The position numbers were made by a program, and so were the translations under genes. The notes beneath the pieces are model-generated. The model was not told the DNA's origin, did no database searches, and saw only the letters and a program-made list of their open reading frames with translations. A stretch of DNA of 64,000 nucleotides from Candidatus Bathyarchaeota archaeon (GTDB lineage Archaea; Thermoproteota; Bathyarchaeia; Bathyarchaeales; Bathycorpusculaceae), in the NCBI GenBank assembly GCA_963827165.1, contig CAWGZR010000010.1, positions 160,001-224,000 of the forward strand, given 5' to 3'. The number at the start of each line of letters is the position of its first letter. Within the stretch, counting starts at the first letter, position 1. Positions 51,815 through 61,951 of this stretch are shown piece by piece.

Positions 51815-52882
51815 ATGGTGAAGATTGATTTCGGTGGCGTCAAAGAAGATGTCATCACCCGCGAAGAATTCACGGTAAAACAAGCTCAAAAAATCCTAAA
51901 AGATGAAGTCGTCGTCTCGCTTGGCTACGGCATTCAAGGTCAAGCTCAATCCCTAAACATGCGTGACAACGGCATAAAAGTAATAATTGGGCAGGAAAAA
52001 GAAGGCGTATTCAAAAAAGAATGGGACAAGGCAATTGCAGATGGCTGGAAACCTGGCGAAAACCTCTTCCCCATGGAAGAAGCATCCAAAAAAGGCACAA
52101 TCAAAATGTACCTACTTACAGACTCAGCTCAAAAATTGGTATGGCCAAAAGTAAAAGCAACACTCAAAAAAGGAGACGCATTATACTTTAGCCATGGATT
52201 TAGCATCGTTTACAAAGAACAAACTGGCGTTATACCACCCAGCGACATAGACGTAATTCTTGTTGCACCAAAAGGCTCAGGTACATCAGTGCGCAGAAAC
52301 TTTGTTGACGGTAGCGGCATAAACTGTAGCTTTGCTGTCCACCAAGACGCGACTGGCAAAGCGATGGATCGTGCAAAAGCGCTTGGCATTGCAATTGGTG
52401 CTGGATATCTGTTTCCAACTACATTTGAAAAAGAAGTTTATAGCGACCTTACAGGGGAACGGGGCACATTAATGGGTGCACTCGCAGGAATACTTGAAGC
52501 ACAGTATAACACCCTTCGCGCGCATGGTCACAGCCCGAGTGAAGCATTTAACGAAAGCGTCGAAGAACTTACCCAGAGCCTTATTCGCTTAGTAGATGAA
52601 AACGGCATGGACTGGATGTACTGCAACTGCAGCGAAACCGCACGCATCGGTGCCCTACGCTGGAGACCCCGATTCCGAGAAGCAACTCAACCTGTCTTCG
52701 ACTCACTCTACGAACTTGTCGCTGCAGGCGAAGAAACTCGGATTGTGCTAGAAAAGAGCAAAGCACCAGATTATCGCCAGAAACTCGCTGACGAACTTAA
52801 AGAAATGGGTAACAGCGAAATGTGGCGTGCAGGTGCAACCGTCCGATCGCTACGACCTGGAAAACAAAAGAAGCAAGAATAA
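51815..52882 (+). CDS. ilvC: Ketol-acid reductoisomerase
   Basis: GYGIQG, YFSHGF, VAPKGSG, SDLTGERGTLMG, AFNESVEE, CSETA. Confidence 0.95.
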   Translation: MVKIDFGGVKEDVITREEFTVKQAQKILKDEVVVSLGYGIQGQAQSLNMRDNGIKVIIGQEKEGVFKKEWDKAIADGWKPGENLFPMEEASKKGTIKMYLLTDSAQKLVWPKVKATLKKGDALYFSHGFSIVYKEQTGVIPPSDIDVILVAPKGSGTSVRRNFVDGSGINCSFAVHQDATGKAMDRAKALGIAIGAGYLFPTTFEKEVYSDLTGERGTLMGALAGILEAQYNTLRAHGHSPSEAFNESVEELTQSLIRLVDENGMDWMYCNCSETARIGALRWRPRFREATQPVFDSLYELVAAGEETRIVLEKSKAPDYRQKLADELKEMGNSEMWRAGATVRSLRPGKQKKQE

Positions 52883-52909
52883 ACTTCTTTTTTCATTTTA
52901 GTTTTTTTA

Positions 52910-53698
52910 TTACATTAAAAAATAATTCTGACTATCAGCGGCCATTTCCATGTAGTCAGTTAAAGCTTGATTCTCAGAGGTTAAATCAGCGACACCTAGC
53001 ATATAGGAGGAGTGTTTCTCTAACTCTACTTCTTTGGAGTATGGGGTTTTGGTAAAGCGTAGCACTGTGTTTGCTTTTGCAGTAGTTATTTCTTGCAGGA
53101 TGCTGTTTCTCCTGCTGCTTTCATGAGGAAGATAGGTTGCAATTATGATAATATGATGTTTTCTTGCGAAGTTTGAAAGGTAATTCATGATTTGGCTGTA
53201 GACTGTTCTTGCTTCTTGGTCATCCACGTTGTCACGTAAGAATGGACTTGCAATGTCTGAGATTACTACGAGTTTTACATCGCATTTTTCCACTACTTCC
53301 TGCAGTTTTTCCATTATTAGAGAAGTTAGCCTGTAGGCTGTGTATACGCGCATATCGTGCACTCTATCAAGTGCTGTTTTAGTGTCTAAATGTTGGTGCT
53401 GTGCGTTGTGTTCGATGTTTGAAAAAGAAGAGCTGCTTGCACAGTCGATGAAAACAACATCGCTGCCTAATCCTCCATGTTGCACTGGCAATTGGGCACG
53501 AACGCAGAATAACGAGGTCAATGAAGTTACTGATTCGGGGCCGTAGAGGATGGCGAATTCTCCTGCGCTGAATCCTGGAAAAAGATTATCGATTTCAGAT
53601 ATGTTAAAAGTAAACCGTATGGCAGTTTGCACGGTATTTTCTTTGTTCAATAACCGTTCTTGCATAATCGATGGTTTGATTATTAGGCTCTGTCGCAT
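52910..53698 (-). CDS. RadA/Rad51-like protein lacking a functional Walker A
   Basis: IDNLFPGF..GEFAILYG, VRAQLP..GGLGSDVVFID, LVVISD; GKT absent. Confidence 0.75.
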   Translation of the reverse strand: MRQSLIIKPSIMQERLLNKENTVQTAIRFTFNISEIDNLFPGFSAGEFAILYGPESVTSLTSLFCVRAQLPVQHGGLGSDVVFIDCASSSSFSNIEHNAQHQHLDTKTALDRVHDMRVYTAYRLTSLIMEKLQEVVEKCDVKLVVISDIASPFLRDNVDDQEARTVYSQIMNYLSNFARKHHIIIIATYLPHESSRRNSILQEITTAKANTVLRFTKTPYSKEVELEKHSSYMLGVADLTSENQALTDYMEMAADSQNYFLM

Positions 53699-53771
53699 GT
53701 GCTTTCACTAAAACCCGTTACGTCTGATTAGCCTATTTAAACTATCAGTTAACCAACATTACTGACTAGGG

Positions 53772-53788
53772 GAGGGTAGACTGAAAGT
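53772..53788 (-). promoter_or_regulatory. Candidate DNA-damage (ANTTTC-type) element upstream of the RadA-like gene
   Basis: Minus strand ACTTTCAGTCTACCCTC ~30 nt upstream of TTTAAATA (53734-53741). Confidence 0.45.
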
Positions 53789-54030
53789 GAAACTTAAACT
53801 TTCGTTGCGACCCATTGTCCTTACGGTTTGGCCTGTCTAAGGCATATTGAACCAACCGATTGTTGGGGAAAGACAGAAGAAGCAAGAGTAATCTTCGCTC
53901 TATTTCTTTAGTTATACTCTTGTAATTTTGGAGCAGTTTAGACTATTATTTATACTATAAAAAATAAAAAACAAAGATTTAGTCCTAAAAAATTTAGGAC
54001 CAAAAACTCTCTATTGGCTAAGCGATAGTC

Positions 54031-54249
54031 TTAGAGCCATGATTTAGAAAGGATTCTTTTGCAGGTGCTGCAAACAGTATAGATCTCTTGCTCGTTTTTT
54101 ATGAGCAGTTCGGTCTCTGCCGTTGACTTGCAATTTGGGCAAATGTCATTATGTAGCATATATTCATCTCCGATTTGTTTGAGGCAGGTCTTACATGAAC
54201 CAAAAATTTGAGTTTCAGCGTGGCTTAATGTTGTAAACAGTAAGGACAC
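54031..54249 (-). CDS. Small Cys-rich (zinc-finger-like) protein
   Basis: CKTC, CPNC, CSTC. Confidence 0.45.
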   Translation of the reverse strand: MSLLFTTLSHAETQIFGSCKTCLKQIGDEYMLHNDICPNCKSTAETELLIKNEQEIYTVCSTCKRILSKSWL

Positions 54250-54536
54250 AAAACCAGTTTTTGGGTATCTTGTTTACGCTGTCGACTGATAGGTATAACT
54301 CGCTTGGCTGGATATATCTTTTACTCATCTGAACTAAGCCTTCTCGACGTTAAATGCCAAGTTCTCCCACCCATTATGGATGTTTTTGATTGTATTTTCT
54401 GCACAGCAAGAGCTTTTTGTTAGCAACCCAAAACGTTAAAGAACAAACAAATTTAACTATGAAAGGCAACGCTGAGTATTCGCTTCAAACTGGATTAATG
54501 CGCGGCGTCAGCAACGGTGAAGGCAAGGATGAAAAA

Positions 54537-55655
54537 ATGAATCGGAAAACAACAAAAACATTGAGGGCAGGATGCATCTTTTTTGCTATCTTTTTCTGCG
54601 CTTCCGCGTTATTGACTCAACCAGCCGAAGCGGCAAACACGGTTACAGCGACCATAACTGTGGGAAGTCAACCTGACGGCGTGGCTTTTGCCCCTGATGG
54701 TACACACGCATATGTTACGCATTACGTCAACGGTTCAGTTTCGGTCATAGATACGGCAACGAAAACCGTGAAGGCGACGGTTAGCCTTGGAAGCCAACCT
54801 GGCGGCGTAGCTGTGACCCCAAACAATGAGAATATTTATGTAACCAACAGCGGGAGCAATTCGGTTTCAGTGATAAGTGCAACTTTGAATTCTGTAATTG
54901 CGACCATTTCCGTCGGAAGCTACCCAGTGGGAGTTGCAGTAACGCCTAATGGCAAATACGCGTATGTGGCGAATGAAGGTAGCAACTCAGTCTCTGTTAT
55001 CAACACAGCCACAAACTCGGTGACGGCGACGATAATGGTTCTCCTTGACCCATGGGGAGTGGCTATAACGCACAGCGGCGCATACGCCTACGTTACAGAT
55101 GCCGGAAGCAACTCGGTTTCGGTCATAAACACGGCGACCAACACAGTGACTGCCACGGTAACTGTTGGAAATGAGCCTTTCGGGGTAGCCATAACACCTA
55201 ACGGCATCGCCTACGTAGTTAATGAACTGAATGCTTCGGTCTCAGTGATAGGCACAGCAACCAACATAGTCAAAGCAACAATAGCCGTTGGAATGGGCCC
55301 AACCAACGTGGCTGTAAGCCCAAACAACAAATACGCGTATGTCACGAACGAATTCAGCCAATCCCTCTCAGTAATCGATACAACGAACAACCAAGTCTCG
55401 GGAACGGTACCGCTTGGCGCTAATCCCAGCGTTGTTGCTGTAGCTCCCAACGGCTCATACATCTATGTTGCACTCGGAGAAAGCGGTACGATAAAAGTCA
55501 TAAACACATCGACGGCACCCGCGGCGAACAAGCTTTTGAGCGCATTAGACTGGACCATATTGATCGTTGCTATCATCATCATGGTGGTCTTTCTCATAGT
55601 TTTCGCGATGTTAAGACGCGGCAGAAAAAAGATCCAGTCGACAAAGACAGCTTGA
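54537..55655 (+). CDS. YVTN beta-propeller surface protein
   Basis: Signal peptide, seven P.GVAVTP.G..AYVTN..SNSVSVI repeats, C-terminal TM plus basic tail. Confidence 0.92.
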   Translation: MNRKTTKTLRAGCIFFAIFFCASALLTQPAEAANTVTATITVGSQPDGVAFAPDGTHAYVTHYVNGSVSVIDTATKTVKATVSLGSQPGGVAVTPNNENIYVTNSGSNSVSVISATLNSVIATISVGSYPVGVAVTPNGKYAYVANEGSNSVSVINTATNSVTATIMVLLDPWGVAITHSGAYAYVTDAGSNSVSVINTATNTVTATVTVGNEPFGVAITPNGIAYVVNELNASVSVIGTATNIVKATIAVGMGPTNVAVSPNNKYAYVTNEFSQSLSVIDTTNNQVSGTVPLGANPSVVAVAPNGSYIYVALGESGTIKVINTSTAPAANKLLSALDWTILIVAIIIMVVFLIVFAMLRRGRKKIQSTKTA

Positions 55656-55740
55656 AAGATTCTCTCGATATCTTGCTTGTGGGGCAAGCTAATTTTTTAT
55701 ACTTGAAAACGACGCTTCCTAAACGACAGGGGCAAGAAAT

Positions 55741-57084
55741 TTGGATTACATCGCAGTTGCTGCAGTAGCCATCTTTGCGGTGACGCTTTTTCTTATGATT
55801 AAGCGCCCCTTCGGTTTGCGGTTGGGCTACGCAGCGGGAATCGGCGCTGCCGCCTCGCTCCTCTTAGGCACGGTTAGTTTGGGGCAGGCTGCACGGTCTT
55901 TCCTCGATATTTGGGACGCAGCATTAGCGTTCCTTGGCATAGTAGCGCTCTCCGTAACGTTGGATGCGATGGGCTTCTTTAGATGGGCTGCGCTGCGCGT
56001 AGTCAGGATTGCTGGTGGCAGCGGATTGAGACTTTTCATCTACATTTGCCTGCTCACTGCAGCCGTTAGCATTCTTTTTGCGAATGACAGCGCAGTTTTG
56101 ATTTTGATCCCAATCGTTTTGGAAATTGTAACTTGTCTGGGCATTGACTCAAAGGGTAAACTCGCGTACCTCTTCAGCGCAGGCCTAATGGCTGACACAG
56201 CTGCAATGCCGCTCATCACAAGCAATCCCATCAACATTTTAAGCGCTGACTTTTTCAAATACAGCTTCGCCGACCACCTGGTTTTAATGGGACCCGTAGC
56301 CGTAGCAACAATTCTAAGCAGCTTACTTCTGTTTTACCTGTTCTTTAGAAAACAGATTCCCAAATCCTATAACATGGAAGCTGCGGATTCACTAAATTCT
56401 GGAAAACCAGTTATTTCTCCCCTTCTTCTAAGGATAAGCTTGGCAACACTCGTTGCAATCGACATAGGTTACGTACTGACCTCTTTGAATCGGTTCCCAG
56501 TTTCAATAATCATTTGCAGCGGAACGGTTTTTCTGGTCGCAGTTTACTGGTTTACGTTGAAGTGGAATGGCTCGGTGAACGGTGAGAAAAAAGGGGTCGT
56601 TGGCTTGGCACGGGACATCAACTGGGATATCGTGCTTTTCATGTTCAGCATTTTTCTGGTCGTCCAAGGACTGGAAACCGCCGGCATCACGAATTTGATT
56701 GCGTCTGCACTTCTTGCAACAAGCAAGTTACCCTCGGTTCTTGGGATTTTTGGGCCAAGCATGGTTGTAACGATTGGAGCAAGTTTCATGAATAATTGGC
56801 CCATGACAATTCTCGGGCTACTAAGCATCCAACACATAGGAGCGACTGGATCCGAATTAACAGGACTGATTTTTAGCAATATAATCGGAAACAACTTGGG
56901 TCCGCACTTCTTCCCTCTGGGATCACTGGCGATTGTGATTTGGCTGGAAACGATGAAGCGAAAAGGAGTCACCATTAGTCTCAAAGAATATCTCAAAGTT
57001 GGCGCTGTACTGTCTATTGCACAGGTTGCAATTGCTTCGGCTGTTCTGTGGGCTGAATTAATCGCAGGCTTCCATTTGCTATAA
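55741..57084 (+). CDS. arsB: ArsB/NhaD-family anion permease (arsenite efflux-like)
   Basis: FANDSAVLILIPIV, ADTAAMPLITSNPINI, MNNWP, NIIGNNLGP...GSLA. Confidence 0.8.
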   Translation: MDYIAVAAVAIFAVTLFLMIKRPFGLRLGYAAGIGAAASLLLGTVSLGQAARSFLDIWDAALAFLGIVALSVTLDAMGFFRWAALRVVRIAGGSGLRLFIYICLLTAAVSILFANDSAVLILIPIVLEIVTCLGIDSKGKLAYLFSAGLMADTAAMPLITSNPINILSADFFKYSFADHLVLMGPVAVATILSSLLLFYLFFRKQIPKSYNMEAADSLNSGKPVISPLLLRISLATLVAIDIGYVLTSLNRFPVSIIICSGTVFLVAVYWFTLKWNGSVNGEKKGVVGLARDINWDIVLFMFSIFLVVQGLETAGITNLIASALLATSKLPSVLGIFGPSMVVTIGASFMNNWPMTILGLLSIQHIGATGSELTGLIFSNIIGNNLGPHFFPLGSLAIVIWLETMKRKGVTISLKEYLKVGAVLSIAQVAIASAVLWAELIAGFHLL

Positions 57085-57107
57085 ATTTGGATGAAAATTA
57101 TACTCGG

Positions 57108-58147
57108 TTAAGATAACTTGAGTTTGCTGAATATTTCCCTGTATACTCTTAGGGCTTCTTGCTCGCTTGAAACTTTCTTGATTAGCATTCGCCCGCCGTT
57201 GAATAAGCTAACTTCATAGTTATTATAAGTGAACATTAGAGCCAAACTTGATTTTAAACGGACATTAAACTTCTGTTTTACGGCTGGATAGATTTCTTCA
57301 AGGTTAAGTTTTAAGGGTTTTTCAGGGTTGATGTTGGCTGTGTCGCGTCCGCAAAGCCAAACTAGCCGTTCGCCGCCAGCGGCAGTGGATATTTCCCCGT
57401 GGCAAACGGGGCAACGGGTACTCTTTGAAATGTCTATGGTTGTGAAATCCATGTCTCTAAAGTCACAGACCAAAAGCTTGCCCTTCAAGGTTGGTCCCGC
57501 ATCGGCAAGAAGCTTTATGGTTTCCATTGCTTGCAGAGCGCCGATTATTCCCGGCGTAGCCCCAATAACACCCCGTGTGCTACAAGTTAGTAAATCGTTG
57601 TCGGAGAGATTTGGCAACAGACACTCTAAGCAGCCAGTTTGAGGTGGCTGAAAGACTGAGAGATTCCCTTCGATGCCGATTGCTGCCCCAAAAACGTAGG
57701 GGATCCTCATCTTTATGCAGGCTCGGTTAACTAGGTAACGGGTAACCATATTGTCTAAACCGTCAACAACGCAATCTACACCTTGCAAAAGTCTTTCCAC
57801 GTTGCCTATGTTCACGTTCTCGGTGAAAGCCTCAGCCTTAACCAACGGATTGAGTTCCTGCAAGCGTCTTGCAGCGACTTCAGCCTTTGGGTAATGCAAG
57901 TCAGCTGGCGTATAAAGGATTTGGCGGTGAAGATTCTGCATTTCAATCGTATCTTGGTCAATTAATCTGATATAACCGACACCGCTTAAAGCAAGATACA
58001 GCGAAGAAACCGCGCCCAACCCACCTACGCCGACCACTACAACTTTGGATTTGCACAGACGGCTTTGCCCTTTTTCCCTAGCTCCTTCATTGCGACTTGA
58101 CGACTGTAGAATTCTTTAGCGAAGGCGTCCTTGTCTGCTGCATCCAC
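57108..58147 (-). CDS. ThiF/MoeB/HesA E1-like adenylyltransferase; -1 frameshift at the T5 run 58071-58075
   Basis: N-terminal FYSRQ in the upstream frame; GVGGLG, NLHRQ, DGLDN, CLEC, CPVC. Confidence 0.9.
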
Positions 58148-58272
58148 TTCAATCAATCTCCAAAAAGAAGTTGTTATGCAGTCTTATATTTGCCTTTACA
58201 GCGAAGTCGAAAAAGCCTCAGGCTAAAAAAGTCGGAGGAATTTTGGGGCGCATCGATTTTGGTAACATTCAG

Positions 58273-59541
58273 CTATGGAAATAACCCTTGCTGAATGATA
58301 GGGATTGCTGAATCGTTAGAGTTCACCAAAATCTCAATGCTTTGTAGGTTTGGTAAATTCGGCGTTGAAAAATTTGGACCAGTCACAATAACGCTTTGAT
58401 TTGTGAATTGAGTGTTAATAATTTGACCATGCGAGAGAAATATGGGATTTGTTTGAAGAAAAGAGGTTTGGGCGTTCACTGCAGCGTACCCCGCCAATAT
58501 AGCGGTAGAAATAAGAATAGCCATAAGCAACGCGGTGGCAACTCGGCGATGAGATTTAATACTCTGCTTTGACGTCGCGACATTAATTTTGTTTACTCTG
58601 TGAAGGACCTGAGGATGGGCCGCAAGTATTTCGGGTCTACGAGCAAGTGGAGAAACAAGAAACAGGCTTGCTGAAAGCCTATTTGAAAACCGTTCTCTCG
58701 GGTAACCTTGAAGAACACCTTCAATCTTTGTAAGCACACTTGCCATAAGTTCAGGTTTCCTCAGCAAAGTAGCACCTTTCTCGTCCGCGAGAAACTCTCT
58801 TTCTTGCTGAGCATACGAAGATGCAAAATACGACAATGGATTAAAAAAAGAAAGCAAGTTCAAGCTGCACGAAATACTCTTGAAAAAGTAATCTCTAGCT
58901 TTAATATGCGAAAGTTCATGGGAAACAACCGCCTCCAACTCTTCTGTGTCAAGAATCTTTAAAATGCCCAAAGAGAAAACAAGCACAGTTCCCCGCCCAT
59001 AGCCCAAGGTAAAAGCGTTAGGTCTCAAATCATCAATCAACCCCACTTTCGGAGAAGAAATACTCATTTTTTGAGCGATTGCCTTCACCTTTTCCTGAAC
59101 AAGCACATATTCCTCTTGACCCATCATAACCACGTGAAAAGATCTCATCGCTATTCTTCGCCCAAAAACAAAAGTCACCGTAAAATACGCAGCGGCCGCA
59201 ACCACCCCGCCAATACATAACAAGCCAGTGATTGAAACAACACTCAAGAACGGAATTTTGCCGGCGCCCAAAACAATGCCGGCTGAAGTGTTGGCCGTAA
59301 CCGAAAGTGGGTGTGGCGGCAGCGGCAGCAGAGAAATTTGAGTTTTTGGCTGGAAGAATATTAGGCTGAAGACGGGTAAGAAAAGCGGCATCAAGTGCAG
59401 AATACTGCGAGTTTTCACGTTTAGTGAAGAACTGAACTTCAGGAAGATTTCAACGCATATGAAAGAGAGTAAGAGGAAAAACAGAGAGTAGAAAAAGTAG
59501 GGTTGATAGAACTGCGTTACAAAGTCGCCTAAACTCACCAT
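58273..59541 (-). CDS. M56/M48 (BlaR1/HtpX-like) membrane metallopeptidase
   Basis: PNAFTLG, ELEAVVSHELSH, EREFLADE, HP..RV. Confidence 0.85.
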   Translation of the reverse strand: MVSLGDFVTQFYQPYFFYSLFFLLLSFICVEIFLKFSSSLNVKTRSILHLMPLFLPVFSLIFFQPKTQISLLPLPPHPLSVTANTSAGIVLGAGKIPFLSVVSITGLLCIGGVVAAAAYFTVTFVFGRRIAMRSFHVVMMGQEEYVLVQEKVKAIAQKMSISSPKVGLIDDLRPNAFTLGYGRGTVLVFSLGILKILDTEELEAVVSHELSHIKARDYFFKSISCSLNLLSFFNPLSYFASSYAQQEREFLADEKGATLLRKPELMASVLTKIEGVLQGYPRERFSNRLSASLFLVSPLARRPEILAAHPQVLHRVNKINVATSKQSIKSHRRVATALLMAILISTAILAGYAAVNAQTSFLQTNPIFLSHGQIINTQFTNQSVIVTGPNFSTPNLPNLQSIEILVNSNDSAIPIIQQGLFP

Positions 59542-59703
59542 TTAAGTCACTGCTTCTTTTCTTTCATAATTTTTTCTTTTTGCTTCTATCTAATTTAGCG
59601 AATATTCTGGGTTTATAGTTTGTTAAGTTATTTGCTGGACAGTTTTTGGTTAAAGCCATGAGTGAACTGGGGGCAAATTGGAAAAAAGTTTATACGCTTT
59701 AGT

Positions 59704-59720
59704 TACTATCGTCAATAGTA
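59704..59720. promoter_or_regulatory. Perfect inverted repeat TACTAT-N5-ATAGTA (BlaI/CopY-type operator candidate)
   Basis: Directly downstream of BRE/TATA GAAAAAAGTTTATA (59681-59694); neighbour is an M56-like peptidase. Confidence 0.55.
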
Positions 59721-59742
59721 GCCAAGGAAAGAAAGGAGGCAA

Positions 59743-59817
59743 ATGAACCGGCGAAAAACCACAAAAAAAGACAAAACCGCCAAAATAGCATTTACCCTAA
59801 AGCCGCCGCTAGCATAA
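59743..59817 (+). CDS. 24-aa basic peptide ORF
   Basis: GGAGG RBS plus ATG; MNRRKTTKKDKTAKIAFTLKPPLA. Confidence 0.4.
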   Translation: MNRRKTTKKDKTAKIAFTLKPPLA

Positions 59818-59909
59818 CAGCCCTTTACCCAAGACCCTAACAAAACTCTTCTTCTCCTTTTAAGAGTTGAACTCCCTGCCCAATGGGAGCTTCAATGCTG
59901 GCGGCGGCT
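59801..59909 (+). ncRNA. Structured RNA candidate (15-bp closing stem with two inner hairpins)
   Basis: AGCCGCCGCTAGCAT/ATGCTGGCGGCGGCT (one U-G on +); AACTCTT/AAGAGTT; TGAACTCCC/GGGAGCTTCA. Confidence 0.5.
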
Positions 59910-59949
59910 GCAAAATCAGTGGGTTAGAAAAACCGTTGTTTCGGTTGAG

Positions 59950-61651
59950 TTACCGCGGATTTTCCGCGTATTTTCCTTTTTTCAGGAATTGTTTTTCATA
60001 GATTTCCTTGACTTTGTCGATGGTATCTGCCTCTTGCGGCGTCTTGTCATCTCGGATGCGGCTTATGCGAGCGAACCTTAACGCCATTTGGCTTTGGTAT
60101 TTGGGGCTTCTTCTGAACCTCGTTGTACACCACTTCCACCACGATTTTGGGTATAACAATAACCCGATGACCTTCTTCCGCGACGACGGATTCTTTTAGT
60201 CTCCGTGTCATCTCGATTATTTCAGCGTCCGTTAGCCCCTTGAAAGTTTTTCCCAACTCCAAATACCCGCCCGTCTCTGTGTCTCTCGCTGCAAGGTAAT
60301 AGTCTGAAAGCCAACCTTTACGTCGCCCGTAGCCGTATTCTGCAGCTGTTATTACGAGGTCTAAGGGTTCAAGGGCGGTTTTGATTTTCAACCATTTTTT
60401 TCCTCTCCTCCCAGGAGTGTACGGACTGTCGAGTTTCTTCGCCATCAATCCTTCATGACCCGCCGCCATGGCATCTTTGAAGAAAGACTCAGCTTCACCA
60501 GCTTTTTCGGTGACTATTTGCTTGCTCAACGGTACTTGGCCTGCGGTTTCCACTAGGATTTGCCTGCGCTTGGCATAGGGTACTGCGATTAGGCTTTCGC
60601 CGTTGAGGTAGAGTATATCGAAAAGGTACAGGGTTAAAGGGATTTTCTTGGCCGCCCCAGACACATCGCGGATCCGCTTGAATCGTCGCATCAGATGCTG
60701 AAAAGCTATCGGGAACCCACCGCTGTTGAGCGCGACCACTTCGCCTTCAATTATAGCTGACTGAGCTTTGACATTGAACTTTACGGTTTCAACGATTTCA
60801 GGGAGGCTCTCTGTCACGTTGGTTAGTCTCCTACTGAAAACCGCTACCTCACCGTTTTGCAGGTGAATCTGAACCCTAGCGCCGTCATACTTGAATTCAA
60901 AAGCAGATTTGCAATCCTGCGCGTCCAACGCTTCTTTCACGGTTTGGGCAGTCTGGGCAAGCATAAGTTTGACAGGTCTAAAAACGTTGAAGCCTGCTTT
61001 TGCTAAACCCTCAGCCCCTTCGGTTTTCAACTTTAACGCGACTTCGCCGATGTCACCCAAAAGCATGTTTGCTTTCTGAATCTGTTTCACTGAAACTTGG
61101 AACGCCTTCGCAACAGCCTGCTCCATCAATCCTTCCTGAAGACCGGTGCGCATCTCACCAGTGAAGATTTTAACGAGATATTTGGCTTCAACTGGAGCGG
61201 CTTGGCTTAACAAAGCGGTTATTAGACGTTCTTTTCGGGTTCTTGAGCCTGCGCCGCCAGTTTGAGCAATGGCTGCTAGCGACCGCCTTACTTCGGTTAT
61301 GGTAAGCGAGGTTTCGGTTAGCTGCGTTTGTTTTTTTGTCTTTGCTTGTTCAAGAACGGTTTTTGTTGCTGAGCCTATGTCGCCTGTGGCTACCATGGCT
61401 TGACGAAAAAGACTCCAGTCAAATTCGCTTACGCACTCCAACACGCGCGTCAGAGTTGACCAATTCACGTCAAGCGTTTTTTGGCTATACTTTGGGAATG
61501 CTCTGCCAACCATCATGTTCGTGGCAGGTTCAATCTCCACCCAATCGAGCGTCTTTAGGTAGTTTGCAGTCAAATCTATGATTTCCAGCCGTTTCCTTGT
61601 GGCTTCGACTTTTTCCAGCAGTTCCGACAGCGATCTAAAAGACGCGGGCAT
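59950..61651 (-). CDS. lig: ATP-dependent DNA ligase; +1 frameshift near 60108
   Basis: EFKYDGAR, IIEGE, YLFD, EGLMAK, WLKIK; repaired C-terminus QKSPKYQSQMALRFARISRIRDDK. Confidence 0.95.
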
Positions 61652-61951
61652 AATTTGAACCTAAAAATGGACTATCAAAAGAAGACGTCTCGCACCTTAT
61701 TTATTTGCTTATTTTTAGCATTTCTTGTTAGTTTCGTTTGCTTCTAAGGATAACTAAGAGGATTATAGAGCATATACCCAAAAACGGCACAATTCGTCTA
61801 TGCAAAAGAGCGAGAGCTTAACTAGGGCGCAGGTCATTTCGGCGAGCTCTCAGAATTTTCGCGATTTTGAAAATTTAGAAGCCTATAAAATAAAGTTGAC
61901 AAAAGACTAAACCGCAAAACTAATAACTCAACACGAATGCCTACAAGCTGA

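Noticed and set aside
59860-59880. Minus-strand GGGAGTTCAACTCT resembling a tRNA T-loop
   Set aside because: No acceptor, D or anticodon arms in the right geometry
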